A stretch of 64,000 nucleotides of DNA from the human T2T-CHM13v2.0 reference genome, Homo sapiens: NCBI RefSeq assembly GCF_009914755.1, contig NC_060928.1; one strand, written 5' to 3'. Positions 14,272-26,789 of this stretch are shown in pieces. The notes under the pieces were generated by a model. That model had not been told where the DNA came from. It searched no databases and was given only the letters and a program-made list of their open reading frames with translations. The first letter of the stretch is position 1. Every line of letters begins with the position of its first letter. Position numbers and translations under genes: made by a program.

Positions 14272-14373
14272 CCAGGTTCCTAACCAGGTTACTCATTAGC
14301 ATCCCCAGGGGAGGATTTAAATGTGCAAATTCAGGGGCCCTAACCCAGACCTGCTAGGTTTCAGTCTCCTGGA
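14272..14373. mobile_element. MER5A-like MITE, left part
   Basis: cattagcatccccagggga...cccagacctgct; the remainder resumes at about 16092. Confidence 0.5.
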
Positions 14374-14757
14374 CACTGGTCTTCAATTTCTCTGCCCCTA
14401 AACTCCCTAAAACGATTACGTTAAATTATGTCAACCCTCAACACATTTTAAATTTGGCATCTAAACTTTTTCAACATTAGTTAAATTCACTGCAGAAAAC
14501 ATAATTTCTGGTATATTATTAACATTAACACTTTAAAATAAAATTGTTACAGTAGTCTCTTAAATGTGTCTAATGGTTTACAAATGCCTTATCAAGGTTA
14601 CATCTGCCATCATCCATTGTTAAAAATACATAAAGACATTTTGAACAATGAGAAAATTTACGTTGGTCTTGTTTCTCCTTGAACTTGTATTTCCATTCCA
14701 TGTCCCTTGCAAAAATTTTATCTAAATGTTATATATATTTATGCTTGTGTATCTTTC

Positions 14758-15030
<273 letters not shown>

Positions 15031-15444
15031 TAATATAATTCTACCACAAAAATTGTATATAAATTGTCATTTTAATGTTTAAATTTTCCTATAAATGGGT
15101 ATCTAAGTGTTAAAAAAAATCTTTTTGATTGAATTACTATCACCATTAGTGCACAGATTACCTAAAAAATAAATATATCACAAGTGTTGCAAAATGCCAA
15201 GAATAAAAAGTAAAATACTACCAGAAACCTCTTAGAGAAATGAATAGGGCATATTTTAAAAAAATTAATGTTAGTATTTCTAGTAATAATTAATTGCATC
15301 ATTAAGTAGATTCAATAAATGATTTATTTAAACAAATAAAATTTAAATAATTTATTTAAACAAATAATTGTGTAGTTAAACATGGCATTAGTAATTACGC
15401 TAATTAGTATTTATGGATGAAACAAGGTTCCTCACTGTATTTCT

Positions 15445-15560
15445 TTTTTTAAGGGTTTAAAAAAATTCATGATTGACACATAATTGTATATATTTATGGG
15501 GTACAACATGATGTTTCAATGCATGTATAAATTGCGTAATGAGCAAATTAGAGTAATTAT
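15445..15560 (-). mobile_element. L1MA-type 3' end fragment
   Basis: ttgacacataattgtatatatttatggggtacaacatgatgttt is an L1MA 3' terminus. Confidence 0.75.
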
Positions 15561-16091
15561 ACATGCAAACTCTAAAAAAATTTGTTCTCATATATAAGTA
15601 CATGGAGAACAATGGAGGTTTTTTTAAGGCAATGTCTCTCCATTCTTTGAATTCCTCATGAGTTAAAAACCAAAGATCACATAGTGTTATTAGCGCTTTC
15701 AAAGTGATCAGTTCTTCTGTTTTATTGGAAGAGAATTGGAAACTACCTGACTTGCAAAGAAGTTTTTAACCCTTTCATTAGATCCCTGCTCTACAATAAC
15801 TATACCAATATTTTAAATCACTCTGTTTGGTGCCCAAGAGGTTTTTGGACCCTGTAAATTTGGTTCCTGAACCTACATTCATCCATTGTACCAGGTAAGA
15901 GCCTGTACAGGAGAAAAGTCTGCCTTTCTTACATTAGTAAGAAAAGGGTTGTATGAGACGGGATACCTTCACCACAAGCAGTTTCTTAGAAAAGGGCACT
16001 CATAGACATCACGGATCTGGAAATTACCTTCAAACCATTAGTGGTCACAGACTCTTAAAGGGTCTCCTTTTACCAAGGTCCACATATCCCA

Positions 16092-16155
16092 GGGTTGGGC
16101 CATTTGAAAGCTCCCCCAAGTAATTCTGCTAATCAGCCAAGTTGAAGAACCCCTG
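16092..16155. mobile_element. MER5A-like MITE, right part
   Basis: aagctcccccaagtaattctg...cagccaagttgaagaacccctg terminus. Confidence 0.55.
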
Positions 16156-16639
16156 TTTAAGGTGCAAAGGGAGTCCATATTTCAGAGGAGATTTTATACT
16201 TTTTTTTTTTTTTTTGCAGAAAGTAGTTGTTTTCAGTTTACAGAGAGAGACTTCTAGTTTCAGGGCCAGGATCTGGAAGAAGACATGAATCCAGAGAAAG
16301 AAGCTGGCACTAAGGACTGCTTTTGTAGAGGGGACATTTGCCAATCTGGAAAAAATGGCTGAGTGGCTGAGTGTGCTAATGATAACCTCTCAGGGATGAC
16401 ATATTTTTTAAAAATCGAAGACAATGTCAGTCCAGTGCTCTGATAAAATATACTCCCAATCCTACTTTGAGTAGAGATCCTGAGGAACTGCACTCTACGT
16501 GTAAAGGTAAACGGAAGTAACTTGGCCCTCACCCAGAATGCAGCCTCGTTTTATATTATCCAGAGGGCTCCAAAGTTTCCATCAATATATACTTTGAAGG
16601 TCTGCTTTATTATTTTCTATCATCCAATGTTCCCAGATT

Positions 16640-17270
16640 GTTAAGTCCATGCATGTGATACAGAAACAAACAAAACTTGTCTCAGGAGAAACATAATATC
16701 CTCCCAGGCTTCAAATTATTTCTATAATTTTTAAAAATAAGATGTTTAGGACACAAGAATGACTGGGCACATGAAAAAGATAAAACACCATGAGCAAGAA
16801 CCAGCAGAAATTAGAGACTACAGAAACAGACCCAGAGAGACTCCAGATTCAAACAGATAAAAGACACAGTCTATAAAGCAGCTATGTTTATTATGTTCAA
16901 AGAGATGAAAGAAAAGCTTCAAATTTTTGGCAAAGATCTATAAGCTATAAAAGTGACATCGCAAATTTGAAAAACAACCAAATAGAAATTATAAAACTGA
17001 AAATACAATGGCCCAATTAAGAACTCAATGGCCAAGTTTAACAGCAGTTTAGACAAAGCAGCAAAGAATTTGTGAACTAAAAATATGTACAAGAATAAAA
17101 TGTCCAGAATGCAGCATGGAGAGGCAAAAGGATGAAAATAGAAGAGACAAGATAAGACACACAGGATACAGTGAAAAGTTCTAATAGATACACAATGGCA
17201 GTCACACAGAGAAATCAATAAGCCATGAATAGAATAAATAAAGACATATCATAGTGAAACTGGAAATTTT
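16640..17270 (+). mobile_element. Old L1M/HAL1 ORF1-region remnant
   Basis: A-rich aaccaaatagaaattataaaactgaaaatacaat...aactcaatgg...aacagcagtttagac, typical of the decayed L1 ORF1 coiled-coil region. Confidence 0.6.
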
Positions 17271-17566
17271 CTTAGGTAGAATAAGAAAATTCCCCAACCT
17301 GAAGATAGTCACAATTTGTCAAATTTTAAAAGCCTATCAATTATAATGTTTTAAAAAAATTCTAGAAGTTTCCAAATGTCACGTCATTTTAAGGAGGTGC
17401 ATACCCAGTCCATTGTTTATCTATTATTGCAACATGTTCCTTCCTTTCTTTTCATTTTCTTTGGTTATTTTGTTTATTCATTTGTTTATTGTCTTGTCTC
17501 TCTCAGTTTCAATCCTCAAATTTAACCTCCAAATAGGCAGAGACCATGCCTACCATGTTTTCCATG

Positions 17567-17930
17567 TGATGTGGTTTGGCTGTGTCCCCACCTAAATCTC
17601 ACCTTGAATTGTACTCCCATAATTCCCACGTATTGTGGGAGGGACCTGGTGGGAGATAATTGAATCATGGGGTCGGTTTCTCCTGTGCTGTTCTCGCAGT
17701 AGTGAAGAAGTCTCACAAGATCTGATGGTTTGTTAAGGGGAAACCTGTTTCGCTTGGTTCTCATTCTGTCTCTTGCCTGCTGCCGTGTAAAACATGCCTT
17801 TCACCTCCTGCCATTATTGTGAGGCCTCCCTAGCCACGTGGAACTGTAAGTCCAATTAAACCCTTTTTCCTGTATAAATTACCCAGTCTCGGGTATGTCT
17901 TTATTAGCAGCGTGAAAACAGACTAATACG
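17567..17930 (+). mobile_element. THE1 (B/C-like) solo LTR inserted in an L2 3' fragment
   Basis: TGATGTGGTTTGGCTGTGTCCCCAC...GACTAATACG; perfect TSD CCATG (17562-17566, 17931-17935). Confidence 0.93.
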
Positions 17931-18049
17931 CCATGGTATTTCTAGAGAATATACAGTGCCTGGCTTCAGGCTGGGCCTGGGCTGAGCCAGTATCTAGTGA
18001 CACCTGGGGTGGAGACACAAGAGGGTCCTCACTCTCAGAGTCATGCATT

Positions 18050-18920
18050 CACACAATAAGAATGAATAAAGCCTAAATAATTACAGAGAGGGGAAAGTCA
18101 CCTATTTCCTATAAACCTGGGAATTTGATTGGCAAGAATTTTCTAATCAGCAATCTTGGACAACAGAAGATAATAAAGCAAATTTTAAAATTATAAGGTG
18201 AAAGAATGTTCAACCTAAAATTCTATACCCAGCCAGCATTTAAATGGGAGGATAAAATACTTTCTTGAACATGAAAGGATTCAGGAAGTTTTTATCATCC
18301 TCAGCTCCTTTCCAAAAGAATTACTTGAGAACATATTTCAGCAAAATGAAAGTTTGCTGTAGGGAAGAAAAAACAAACAAACAACAAAAAAGATAGGCAC
18401 GAAAATCCTTAGGCAGAAAGATGGCTGATTATGTCTAAATGAAATACACTGTAAAAATTCCTGAATCTGGAATTGAAACCCAGATGATTTCCATATGGTA
18501 GGAGATAGGAGGAAGGGAGAAATATAAATTTTCTAAGGCTTCTATCTTATTATTTGGGGAGGTATAGCTATAGCTTAACTCTAGACATTGTGAGGAGAAT
18601 GTGTTCAAATAAGTGTACTATATATTTAGCAGTAACTATTAGAGCAATAAAAATATTATGTATAATTTTTCAAAGCACAAATAGAAAAAAGAAACAGAAA
18701 AATTAATCCAACAGAAGTTGTATCTATATGTAATATTAATTCATATGAATTTTCTTAAAACCTAATATGATAGGCACTAAATATTTTACCTTTGGAGAGG
18801 AGAAGACAATTGAAAGAGGGGAGGGGAATGTAAGAATGAAAGGAGACTTCAAAATTTTTGCTTCTCCATATACTTCCGATTTGTTTTTCAAGTAATCGTG
18901 TATTCATTTATTATATATGT
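18050..18920 (+). mobile_element. HAL1/L1ME remnant
   Basis: ttcaacctaaaattctatacccagcca and aaaagaattacttgagaac ORF1-end motifs followed by a degenerate 3' region. Confidence 0.5.
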
Positions 18921-19125
18921 AATTTCTAAGCAATGTAGGATTTTTTAATCCAATAAAAATCCTAATGGAAATTCTTTCATTTTCTTTTTCTTTCCTTCTT
19001 CCCTTTTGCTTTCTTTGTATTTAGTAAAATTATTTTGAAGTTCATTTGGAAAAATAATAGGAAAGCATGAGAGGATAAAATATCATGTACTGTTTATCAA
19101 ATTAGTAAAGATGAAAACAGCTCTA

Positions 19126-19433
19126 GGCCGGGCACGTTGGCTCATGCCTATAATCCCAGCACTTTGGAAGGCTGAGGCGGGCAGATCACTTGAGGTCAGG
19201 AGTTCGAGACCAGCCTGGCCAACATGGCAATACCCCATCTCTACTAAAGAAGCAAAAAAAAAAAAATGAGTCAGGCGTTGTGGCGCATGCCTGTAATCCC
19301 AGCTACTTGGGAGGCAGGAGAATCGTTTGAACCCGGGAGGTGGAGGTTTCAGTGAGCCGAGATCATGCCACTGCACTCTAGCCTGGGCAACAGAGTGAGA
19401 CTCTGTCTCCAAACAAACAAACAAAACAAAAAC
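19126..19433 (+). mobile_element. AluS (Sz/Sx-like) with (AAAC)n tail
   Basis: Full dimer; imperfect TSD aaacag(ctct/ttcc)a. Confidence 0.94.
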
Positions 19434-19985
19434 AAACAGTTCCAATAATGTTCCAAAGGAGAGATTAAATGGAGACTCCTACATTGCTGGGTATGGGGAA
19501 GAAAGCCATATGTGGACAGAAATTCTTTGCAAATAATTTTGGCAATATGTATCAGTGGTCATTTTTTAGATCAAGCTCTTTCATTATAATTCCACACTTT
19601 ACAACCCATCCTAAAGAAACAAAATTAATATTGAGACTAAATATTAAAACAGACACTTATCCCAGTAAATATGCTTAATATCAAGTTACAAATGCTCTAA
19701 ATGTAAACGTTCAGAAGTTGTAAATTATAGCATACATATAAGATATATCATGTAAGCATTAATAATTTTTACTGCAAGCAGTTTTTAATAAAATTAAAAA
19801 TATGTAAATTCTAATATAGATTTTTAAAAACTCAGAAGGTGCAAAGTTGGATACATATTGCTTGATTATAATGGACTGAAAAAGCATGAGGGTATTGAGT
19901 CAAAATGGCTAAGCACTCATGAATATTTTTTCTGTTCCAACCAATATCTCTAAAAATAACAGGAAACAATTTTTTTTATTGTTGG

Positions 19986-20681
19986 TATATTAGTCCGTTT
20001 TCACACTGCTATAAAGATACTACCAGAGACTAGGTAATTTAGAAGGGAAAGAGGTTTAATTGACTCACAGTTCTGCATGGCTGGGGAGGCCTCAGGAAAC
20101 TTTTTACGATGAAGTCAAAAGAGAAGCAAGGCATGTCTTCCCACTGCAGCAGGAGAGAGAGAGAGAGACAGAGAGAGAGGGCACACACTGGGCATGGTGG
20201 CTCATGCCGGTAATCCCAGCACTTTGGGAAACCAAGACAGGCAGATCACTTAAGGCCAGGAGTTCAAGACAAGCCTGCCCAACATGGTGAAACCCCATCT
20301 CTACTAAAAATACAAAAATTAGCTGGGCGTGGTGGCTCATTCCTGTAATCCCCACTACTCTGGAGGCTAAGGCAGGAGCAATTGCTTGAACCAAGTAGTC
20401 AGAGGTTGCAGTGAGCTGAGATCACGTCACTGCACTCCAGGTTAGGCAACAGAGTGGGACTCTATTTCAAAAAAAAAAAAAAAAAGGAGAGAGAGAGCAC
20501 ACAAATGAAACTGCTGCTTATAAAACCATCAGATCTTGTGAGAACTCACTCACTATCACAGAACAGCATGGGGGAAACTGCCCCCATAATCCAGTCACCT
20601 CCCACCAGGTGCCTCCCTCAACACATGGAGATTATAATTCGAGATGAGATTTGGGTGGGGACCCTGAGCCAAACCATATCA
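19986..20681 (-). mobile_element. THE1D/MSTA-like solo LTR interrupted by an Alu
   Basis: TATATTAGTCCG...GAGCCAAACCATATCA; perfect TSD GTTGG (19981-19985, 20682-20686). Confidence 0.9.
20188..20485 (+). mobile_element. Alu (S/Jb-like) nested in the LTR
   Basis: Alu dimer with A tail; TSD GAGAGAG(G/A)GCACACA. Confidence 0.93.
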
Positions 20682-21214
20682 GTTGGTAAGATGGAATTCA
20701 TAACACAATGAAAAGGGGAGCAAGCTATCATCAGATCAGATATTTTAAGTCATCCTTAAAATAGAGAAAGCAGAGAAGACCACATTGACAAAAGAAATTA
20801 TATCCTAAAGCATGTTCAGAGATACATTGTGCCAATGTAGAAGTGGCTCCTGGTGTCCCCCAAACACAGAGGTGGCAGATACAAAGAGCAGGAGGGAGTC
20901 ATGGATAGCCATGGGGCCATTGTAATAATCCATTCCTGGTTGCCAAGCTGGTAGGTTCCTCCCCTCTGCCTAGGTACACCAAGAAGTAGGCCTGTAGGCT
21001 TGTTCACCTCAGGCTGGAACAGGAACTGTAGCACTTGGGGGTACACAGAAGGGAAGCGCCTGGGGCTTTGGCAACATCCAGAAGAAACAGGGAGCCCCTA
21101 ACCTCCAGGTTAAGCTCCTGGCATTCCCTACCCCTTGCCAGGACTCTGACTCACTCACAATTCCAGAGGTTAAAAGCAAAGAACATCCAGAAGCAGGCAA
21201 AACCAGCTTTTTCT

Positions 21215-21380
21215 TTCTTTTTTTCTACATAGGAAAATTTCAAACATATGCAAATTAAACATAATATTATGAAGCAACCAATCTTCATCCAGTAACTTCA
21301 ACAACTATCAGCATTCTGCCATTCTTGTTTTATATATATCACCATTACAACCTTTCATTTTCTTCCAGAGTATTTTGTCT
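21215..21380 (-). mobile_element. L1MC-type 3' end, first part
   Basis: ggaaaatttcaaacatatgcaaa...cttcaacaactatcagcattctgccattcttgttt; continues at 24024 beyond the L1PB insertion. Confidence 0.6.
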
Positions 21381-21394
21381 GCTTTTTAAAATTT

Positions 21395-24023
21395 TCATTC
21401 ATTTTTAAAATTATTTCAATAGGTTTTGGGGGAGCAGGTGGTATTTGGTTACATGAATAAGTTATTTAGTGGTGATTTCTGAGATTTTGGTGAACCCATC
21501 ACCCAAGCAGTGTACACTGTACCCTATGTGTACTCTTTTATCCCTCACCCCTCTCCCACTCCTCCCTTCAGTCCCCAGAGTCTATTATATCACTCTATGC
21601 CTTTGCGTTCTCATAGCTTAGCTCCCACTTATAAGTGAGAACATACAATATTTGATTTTCTATTCCTGAGTTACTTCACTTAGAATAATGGTCTCCAACT
21701 CCATTCAGGTTCCTATAAATGCCATTATTTCATTCCTTTTTATGGCTGAGTAGTATTCTATGGTATATCTATATCTATATCTATATCTATATCTATATCT
21801 ATATATATCTCACATATCCTTTATCCATTCGTTTGTTGATGGGCATTTAGGCTGCTTCCATATTTTTGCAATTGTGAATTGTGCTGCTGTAAACATGCAT
21901 GTGCAAGTGTCTTTTTCATATAATGACTTCTTTTCCTCTGGGTAGATACCCAGCAGTGGGATTGCTGGATCAATTGGTGGTTCTACTTTTGGTTCTTTAA
22001 GGAATCTTCAGACTGTTTTCCATAGTGGTTGTACTAGTTTACATTCCCACCAGCAGTGTAAAACTGTTCCCTTTTCATCACATCCATGCCAACATCTATT
22101 ATTCTTTGGTTTTTAAATTATGGCCATTCTTGCAAGAGTAAGGTGGTATCACATTGTGGTTTTGATTTGCATTTCCCTGATAATTAGTGATGTTGAGCAT
22201 TTTTTCATATGTTTGTTGGCCATTTGTATATCTTCTTTTGAAAATCGTCTATTCATGTCTTTAGCCCACTTTTTGATGGGATTATATGTTTTTTTTTTCT
22301 TGATGATTTGTTTGAGTTCCTTGTAGATTCTGGATATTAGTCCTTTGTCAGATGTATAGTTTGTGAAGATTTTTCTCCCACTCTGTGGGTTGTCTGTTTA
22401 CTCTGCTGATTATTTCTTTTGCTGTGCAGAAGTGTTTTAGTTTAGTTAAGCCCCATCTATTTATCTTTGTTCTTGTTGCATTTGCTTTTGGGTTCTTGTT
22501 CACAAAATCTTTGCCTAAGCCAATGTCTAGAAGACTTTTTCCTATGTTATCTTCTAGAATATTTATGGTTTCATTTAAGTCTTTGATCCATCTTGAATTG
22601 ATTTTTGTATAAGGTGAGAAATGCGGACCCAGATTTACTCTTATATATGTGGCTTGTCAATTATCCCAGCACCATTTGTTGAATAGGGTGTCCTTTCCCC
22701 ACTTTATGTTTTTTGTGCTTTGTCAAAGATCAGTTGGCTGTAAGTATTTGGCTTTATTTCTGGGTTCTCTATTTATTCCATTGGTCTATGTGCCTGTTTT
22801 TATACCAGTACCATGCTGTTTTGATAACTATAGCCTTGTAGTATAGTTTGAAGTTGGGTAATGTGATACATCCAGATTTGTTCTTTTTGCTTAGTCTCAC
22901 TTTGGCTATGTTGGCTTTTTGTTTGTTTGTTTTATATGAATTGTGGGATTGGATTGTTTTTTCTAGTTCTGGGAAGAATGATGATGGTATTTTGAAGGGA
23001 ATTGCTTTGAATTTATAGATTGCTTTTGGCAGTATGGTCATTTTCACAATATTGATTTTACCCATCCATTAGCATGGGATGTGTCTCCATTTGTTTGTGT
23101 TCTTTATGATTTCTTTCAGCAGTATTCTGTAGTTTTCCTTGTAGAGATCTTTCACCTCTTTCGTTAGGTATATTCCTAGGTTTTGTTTTGTTTTGTTTTG
23201 TTTTGCAGTTTTTGTAAAAGGGGTTGAGTTCTTGATTTGATTCTCAGTTTGGTTGCTTTTGGTGCATAGCAGTGCTACTGATTTGTGTACATTGATTTTG
23301 TATCCTGAAACTTTATTGAATTCATTTATCAGATCTAGGAGCTTTTTGGATGAGTCTTTAGGGTTTTCTAGCTATACAATCATATCATTGGCAAACAGCA
23401 GCAATTTGACTTCCTCTTTACCAATTTGGATGTCCTTGATTTCCTTCTCGTCTGATTGCTCTGGCTAGAACCTCCAGTGCTATGTTGAATAGAAGTGGTG
23501 AAAGTGGTCATCCTCATCTTCTTCCAGTTCTCAAGGGGAATGCTTTCAACTTTTCCTTGTTCAGTATAGTGTTGGCTGTGGGTTTGTCATAGATGTCTTT
23601 TATTACCTTAAAGTATGTCCCTCCTATGCTGATTTTGCTAAGGGTTTTAATCATAAAGGGATGCTGGATTTTATCAAATGTTTTTTCTATATCTATTGAG
23701 ATTATGATATGATTTTTGTTTTTAATTCTGTTTTTTTGGTGTATCATATTTATTGACTTGCATATGTTAAACCATCCCTGCATCCCTGGTATGAAACTCA
23801 CTTGATCATGGTGTATTATCTTTTTGATATGCTGTTGGATTCGGCCAGCTAGTATTTTGTGGAAGATTTTTACATCTATGTTCATCAGGGATATTGGTTT
23901 GTAGTTTCCTTTTTTTTGTTGTGTCCTTCCTGGTTTTGGTATGAGGGCGAGACTGGCTTCATAGAATGATTTAGGGAGAATTCCCTCTTTCTCTATCTTT
24001 TAGAATAGTTTCAGTAGGATTGG
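21395..24023 (-). mobile_element. L1PB1-like element, about 2.6 kb, 5'-truncated within the ORF2 RT domain
   Basis: 3' end tttcaataggttttggggg..caggtggtatttggttacatgaataag; minus-strand peptides [28 protein letters not shown] and [23 protein letters not shown]. Confidence 0.92.
21765..21810. repeat. (ATATCT)n microsatellite inside the L1
   Basis: About 7 hexamer copies read directly. Confidence 0.9.
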
Positions 24024-25080
24024 GAAATCTCAGATATCATTTCATTTTACTCATACTTAGTGTGACTCTCTAACACAAAAAGAAATTTTAAAAAATGATC
24101 TCTCTATCTCTCTCTTTCATACACACACACATGCACACACACTCCAAATTATAACCAAATCCTGTTGCCAAGCTGGTAGGTCGCTCCTCTCCTCTGATCT
24201 GTGCCAAAAAGTAGGCCTGTAGGATGTTGAAAATTATCACACAAACTTCCCTCCAATGACAAGTTATCAATATCATCTAATAAGCAGTTGTGGCAGATTG
24301 TACCTTCCAAAAATGTTTGCAGCAGCATCTCCTATCTTCTGCAAGTGAACTTGCCACTCTGAGATAAAAAGGTGAGGTCTAACTCCCCTCCTCTTGACTT
24401 CTGGTGGGCTTAGTCACTGGCCAGAACAATAGAATGTGAGATTTGAGGTGCTGTCTGATTTCCAAGGGGAGGTCAGGAAGCCACCTAACCTCCACTGGGT
24501 CTCTTGGGATGTTTACCCTCCAGAAGTCTCCTCTCAAGATGGTTTCTCTCAGAATCCAGGCGGCATGCTGTGAGAAGCCCAGTCACATGGAGAGGCTGCA
24601 TGTAGGTGTCCAATCAGCATTCCCAGCAGAGCTGAGCCATTTAAGTCTCCCAGTTGAGGCTCCCAATATTATGGAGCAGGGAAGACATCTCCATGTGGCC
24701 TGTCCAAATTCCTGACTCACAGGACCTGTGAGCATAATGGCTGTTATTTTATGCTACTAGGTTGTAATGTGGTTTCATATCCATAAAAATTAGAAACACC
24801 AGTTCATATTCAATTTGTTCTCATTGTTTCAAAAATTTGCCTTTGTGGTTGACCTGTTTAAATTAGGATCCAAGCAAAGGTCACACATCGATTTTGGCTG
24901 ATGTTTCTATTAAATATGTCTTAATCCACATGAATTTCTGCTTTTTTGTTTTTTATTTTGATGCCATACATTCATGAAGAAGCTAAGTCTTTTGTTTTAT
25001 AGAATATCTCCTATTCTCTTCTAACTGATGTATCAATCAGCCAAGCAGTGCTTACCATCTTCCTCTGTGAGTTGTTTCCT
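24024..25080 (-). mobile_element. L1MC-type 3' region continued, interrupted by MLT1 and a templated insert
   Basis: aaatctcagatatcatttcatttt...attatcacac...aatatcatctaata...ggatccaagcaaaggtcacacatcg. Confidence 0.55.
24289..24798 (+). mobile_element. MLT1H/G-like solo LTR
   Basis: TGTGGCAGATTGTACCTTCCAAAAATG...CCAAATTCCTGACTCACAG...AAACA; TSD (g/c)CAGT. Confidence 0.75.
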
Positions 25081-25103
25081 GTAAGAAAATGGTTGGTTAG
25101 ATC

Positions 25104-25289
25104 CAGGCAGGTTGGCAAACTTTTTCTGTAAGGGGCGGAGAGTCAATATTTTAGGCTTTATGGTTCATTCAGCTTTGCCATGGTAGCACAATTGGAGACA
25201 TGGGAATATGTGAATGAGTGTGACTGTGTTCCAAAAAAACTTTATTTTCAAAACAGGCAGCAGCCATGGGCTGCAGTTTGCTGGCCCTG
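25104..25289. mobile_element. MER58A hAT MITE
   Basis: GGTTGGCAAACTTTTTCTGTAAGGG...TGTGTTCCAAAAAAACTTTATT...GTTTGCTGGCCCTG. Confidence 0.85.
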
Positions 25290-25294
25290 ATGCA

Positions 25295-26320
25295 GATGAA
25301 AACAAAATAGTCAATCACAAAAATGAATACAAAATCTAGAACCACCAAATAGTTACAGAAAACCAACATCACGAAAGGAAAATAAAACTAAACAAATCTC
25401 AGAACCAACACCTGAAGAAACAGAGTAAATAAAACAAAGAGATGAAAACTTTGAGGGTATACCAAATATTGAACATTCTAGAGAATTAAAAGATGCTATC
25501 ATATTCCTGAAGCAAGAACAGGCTGTTATGATGACAAGCATTTAGATATCTTAGAAATTAAAAATACAATCATCAAACTAAAAATCTTAATAGATGTGTT
25601 GAGTAATAGAATAGACATAACTGAAGAATATAGACTATAACTGCAGAGTGTGCTGAGAAATTGTTCCAGAGCACTATATTAAAGGAAAAAGAAATGGAAA
25701 TACTATAGCAAAAGTTTGGAGACATAAAAGTTAGACCCAGAAATGCAAACATTCATCTAATAGAAGTCACAGTCAAAGAGACTAGAGAGACAGAGGAGAA
25801 GAAATAAGCAAAGAAATAATAATAATAAATATTTTCCCGAGCCAAAAAAAAAAATCCCAAATGTGATATGTATTTTTTTTTTGAAACAGGGTCTCACTTT
25901 GTCACTTAGGCTGGAATGCAGTGGTGCCATCACAGCTCACTGTAGCCTCGAACTCCTGAGTTCAAGCAATCCTCTTACTTCAGCCTCCTCAGTAGCTAGC
26001 ACTACAGTTGCACACCATCACACCTGACTAAATTTTTAAAAATTTTTTTGTAGAGACAGAGTCTCACTATGTTGACCTCTACAATTTTTTTGTAGAGGCT
26101 GGTCTCGAACACCTGCCCTCAAGCAATCCACCAGCCTCGGCCTCCCAAAGTGTTCAGATTACAGGTATGAGCCAGTAATCCCTGCCAAAATGTGATTTTT
26201 TAAAATAGAAATGGCCCACTGGGTAACAACCAGCATTAATTAGGGGTGAGAGGATGATACTTGGACACATAATGATAGAGTTTCAGAGCTCCTGGTATAA
26301 AGATTCTGAAATCCCCTCTA
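25295..26320 (+). mobile_element. HAL1/L1ME ORF1-region remnant split by AluJ
   Basis: ttagaaattaaaaatacaat...aatagaatagacataactgaaga...aaagaaataataata...ttttcccga. Confidence 0.55.
25873..26186 (-). mobile_element. AluJ (Jo/Jr-like)
   Basis: ACAGGGTCTCAC, ATCACAGCTCACTGTAGCCTCG and CAAGCAATCC diagnostics; TSD AAATGTGAT. Confidence 0.92.
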
Positions 26321-26789
26321 CACATATCCAGTCTCATTCAGTTATTCTGGGTTGGAACTTGGAAATCTGACATTCACCTGTTCATTTGGTTTCAAAAACA
26401 AATCTAATATGCAGACAAAATTCGCAACTGCTATTCTCTAGAGCAACGATCTGGGACTCAGTACCTAGTCACCCTTTTCTGCAGTCTGATGCTGATTGTA
26501 GAGTGCAGTGCTTCTGGGCTTCTCTTATGCTAACTGGTTCCTTCTTCCTTGTGCATGAGCCACTGCCTTGAGGGGCCTCTTGTTAACTTCCGTCCCCTCC
26601 CCCACCACCCACCACCATATAGGATCCTCCTTTGACCTTTGACCAGGGTTTTGCTACCACTCCCAGAAGGCACTTGGTTCTCTAACATTTCCTGAACTGC
26701 TGCTCTCTGGGCCAGCCAACCCCGGTGCTGGGTCCCCTGGCCCCAGCCTGCTCCCGTCCCTACCAAGGCCTCAAGATACCGGCTCTGCT

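Noticed and set aside
15322-15367. 18-bp direct repeat with an inverted-looking spacer
   Set aside because: Almost pure A/T, so symmetry is expected by chance and slippage
17965-18050. Possible half MER96
   Set aside because: Only ctcactctcagagtcatgca resembles it; too short to support without an alignment
22769-23885. Reverse-transcriptase-like ORFs as part of a novel RT system
   Set aside because: Ordinary frameshifted L1PB ORF2 remnants within a 5'-truncated L1
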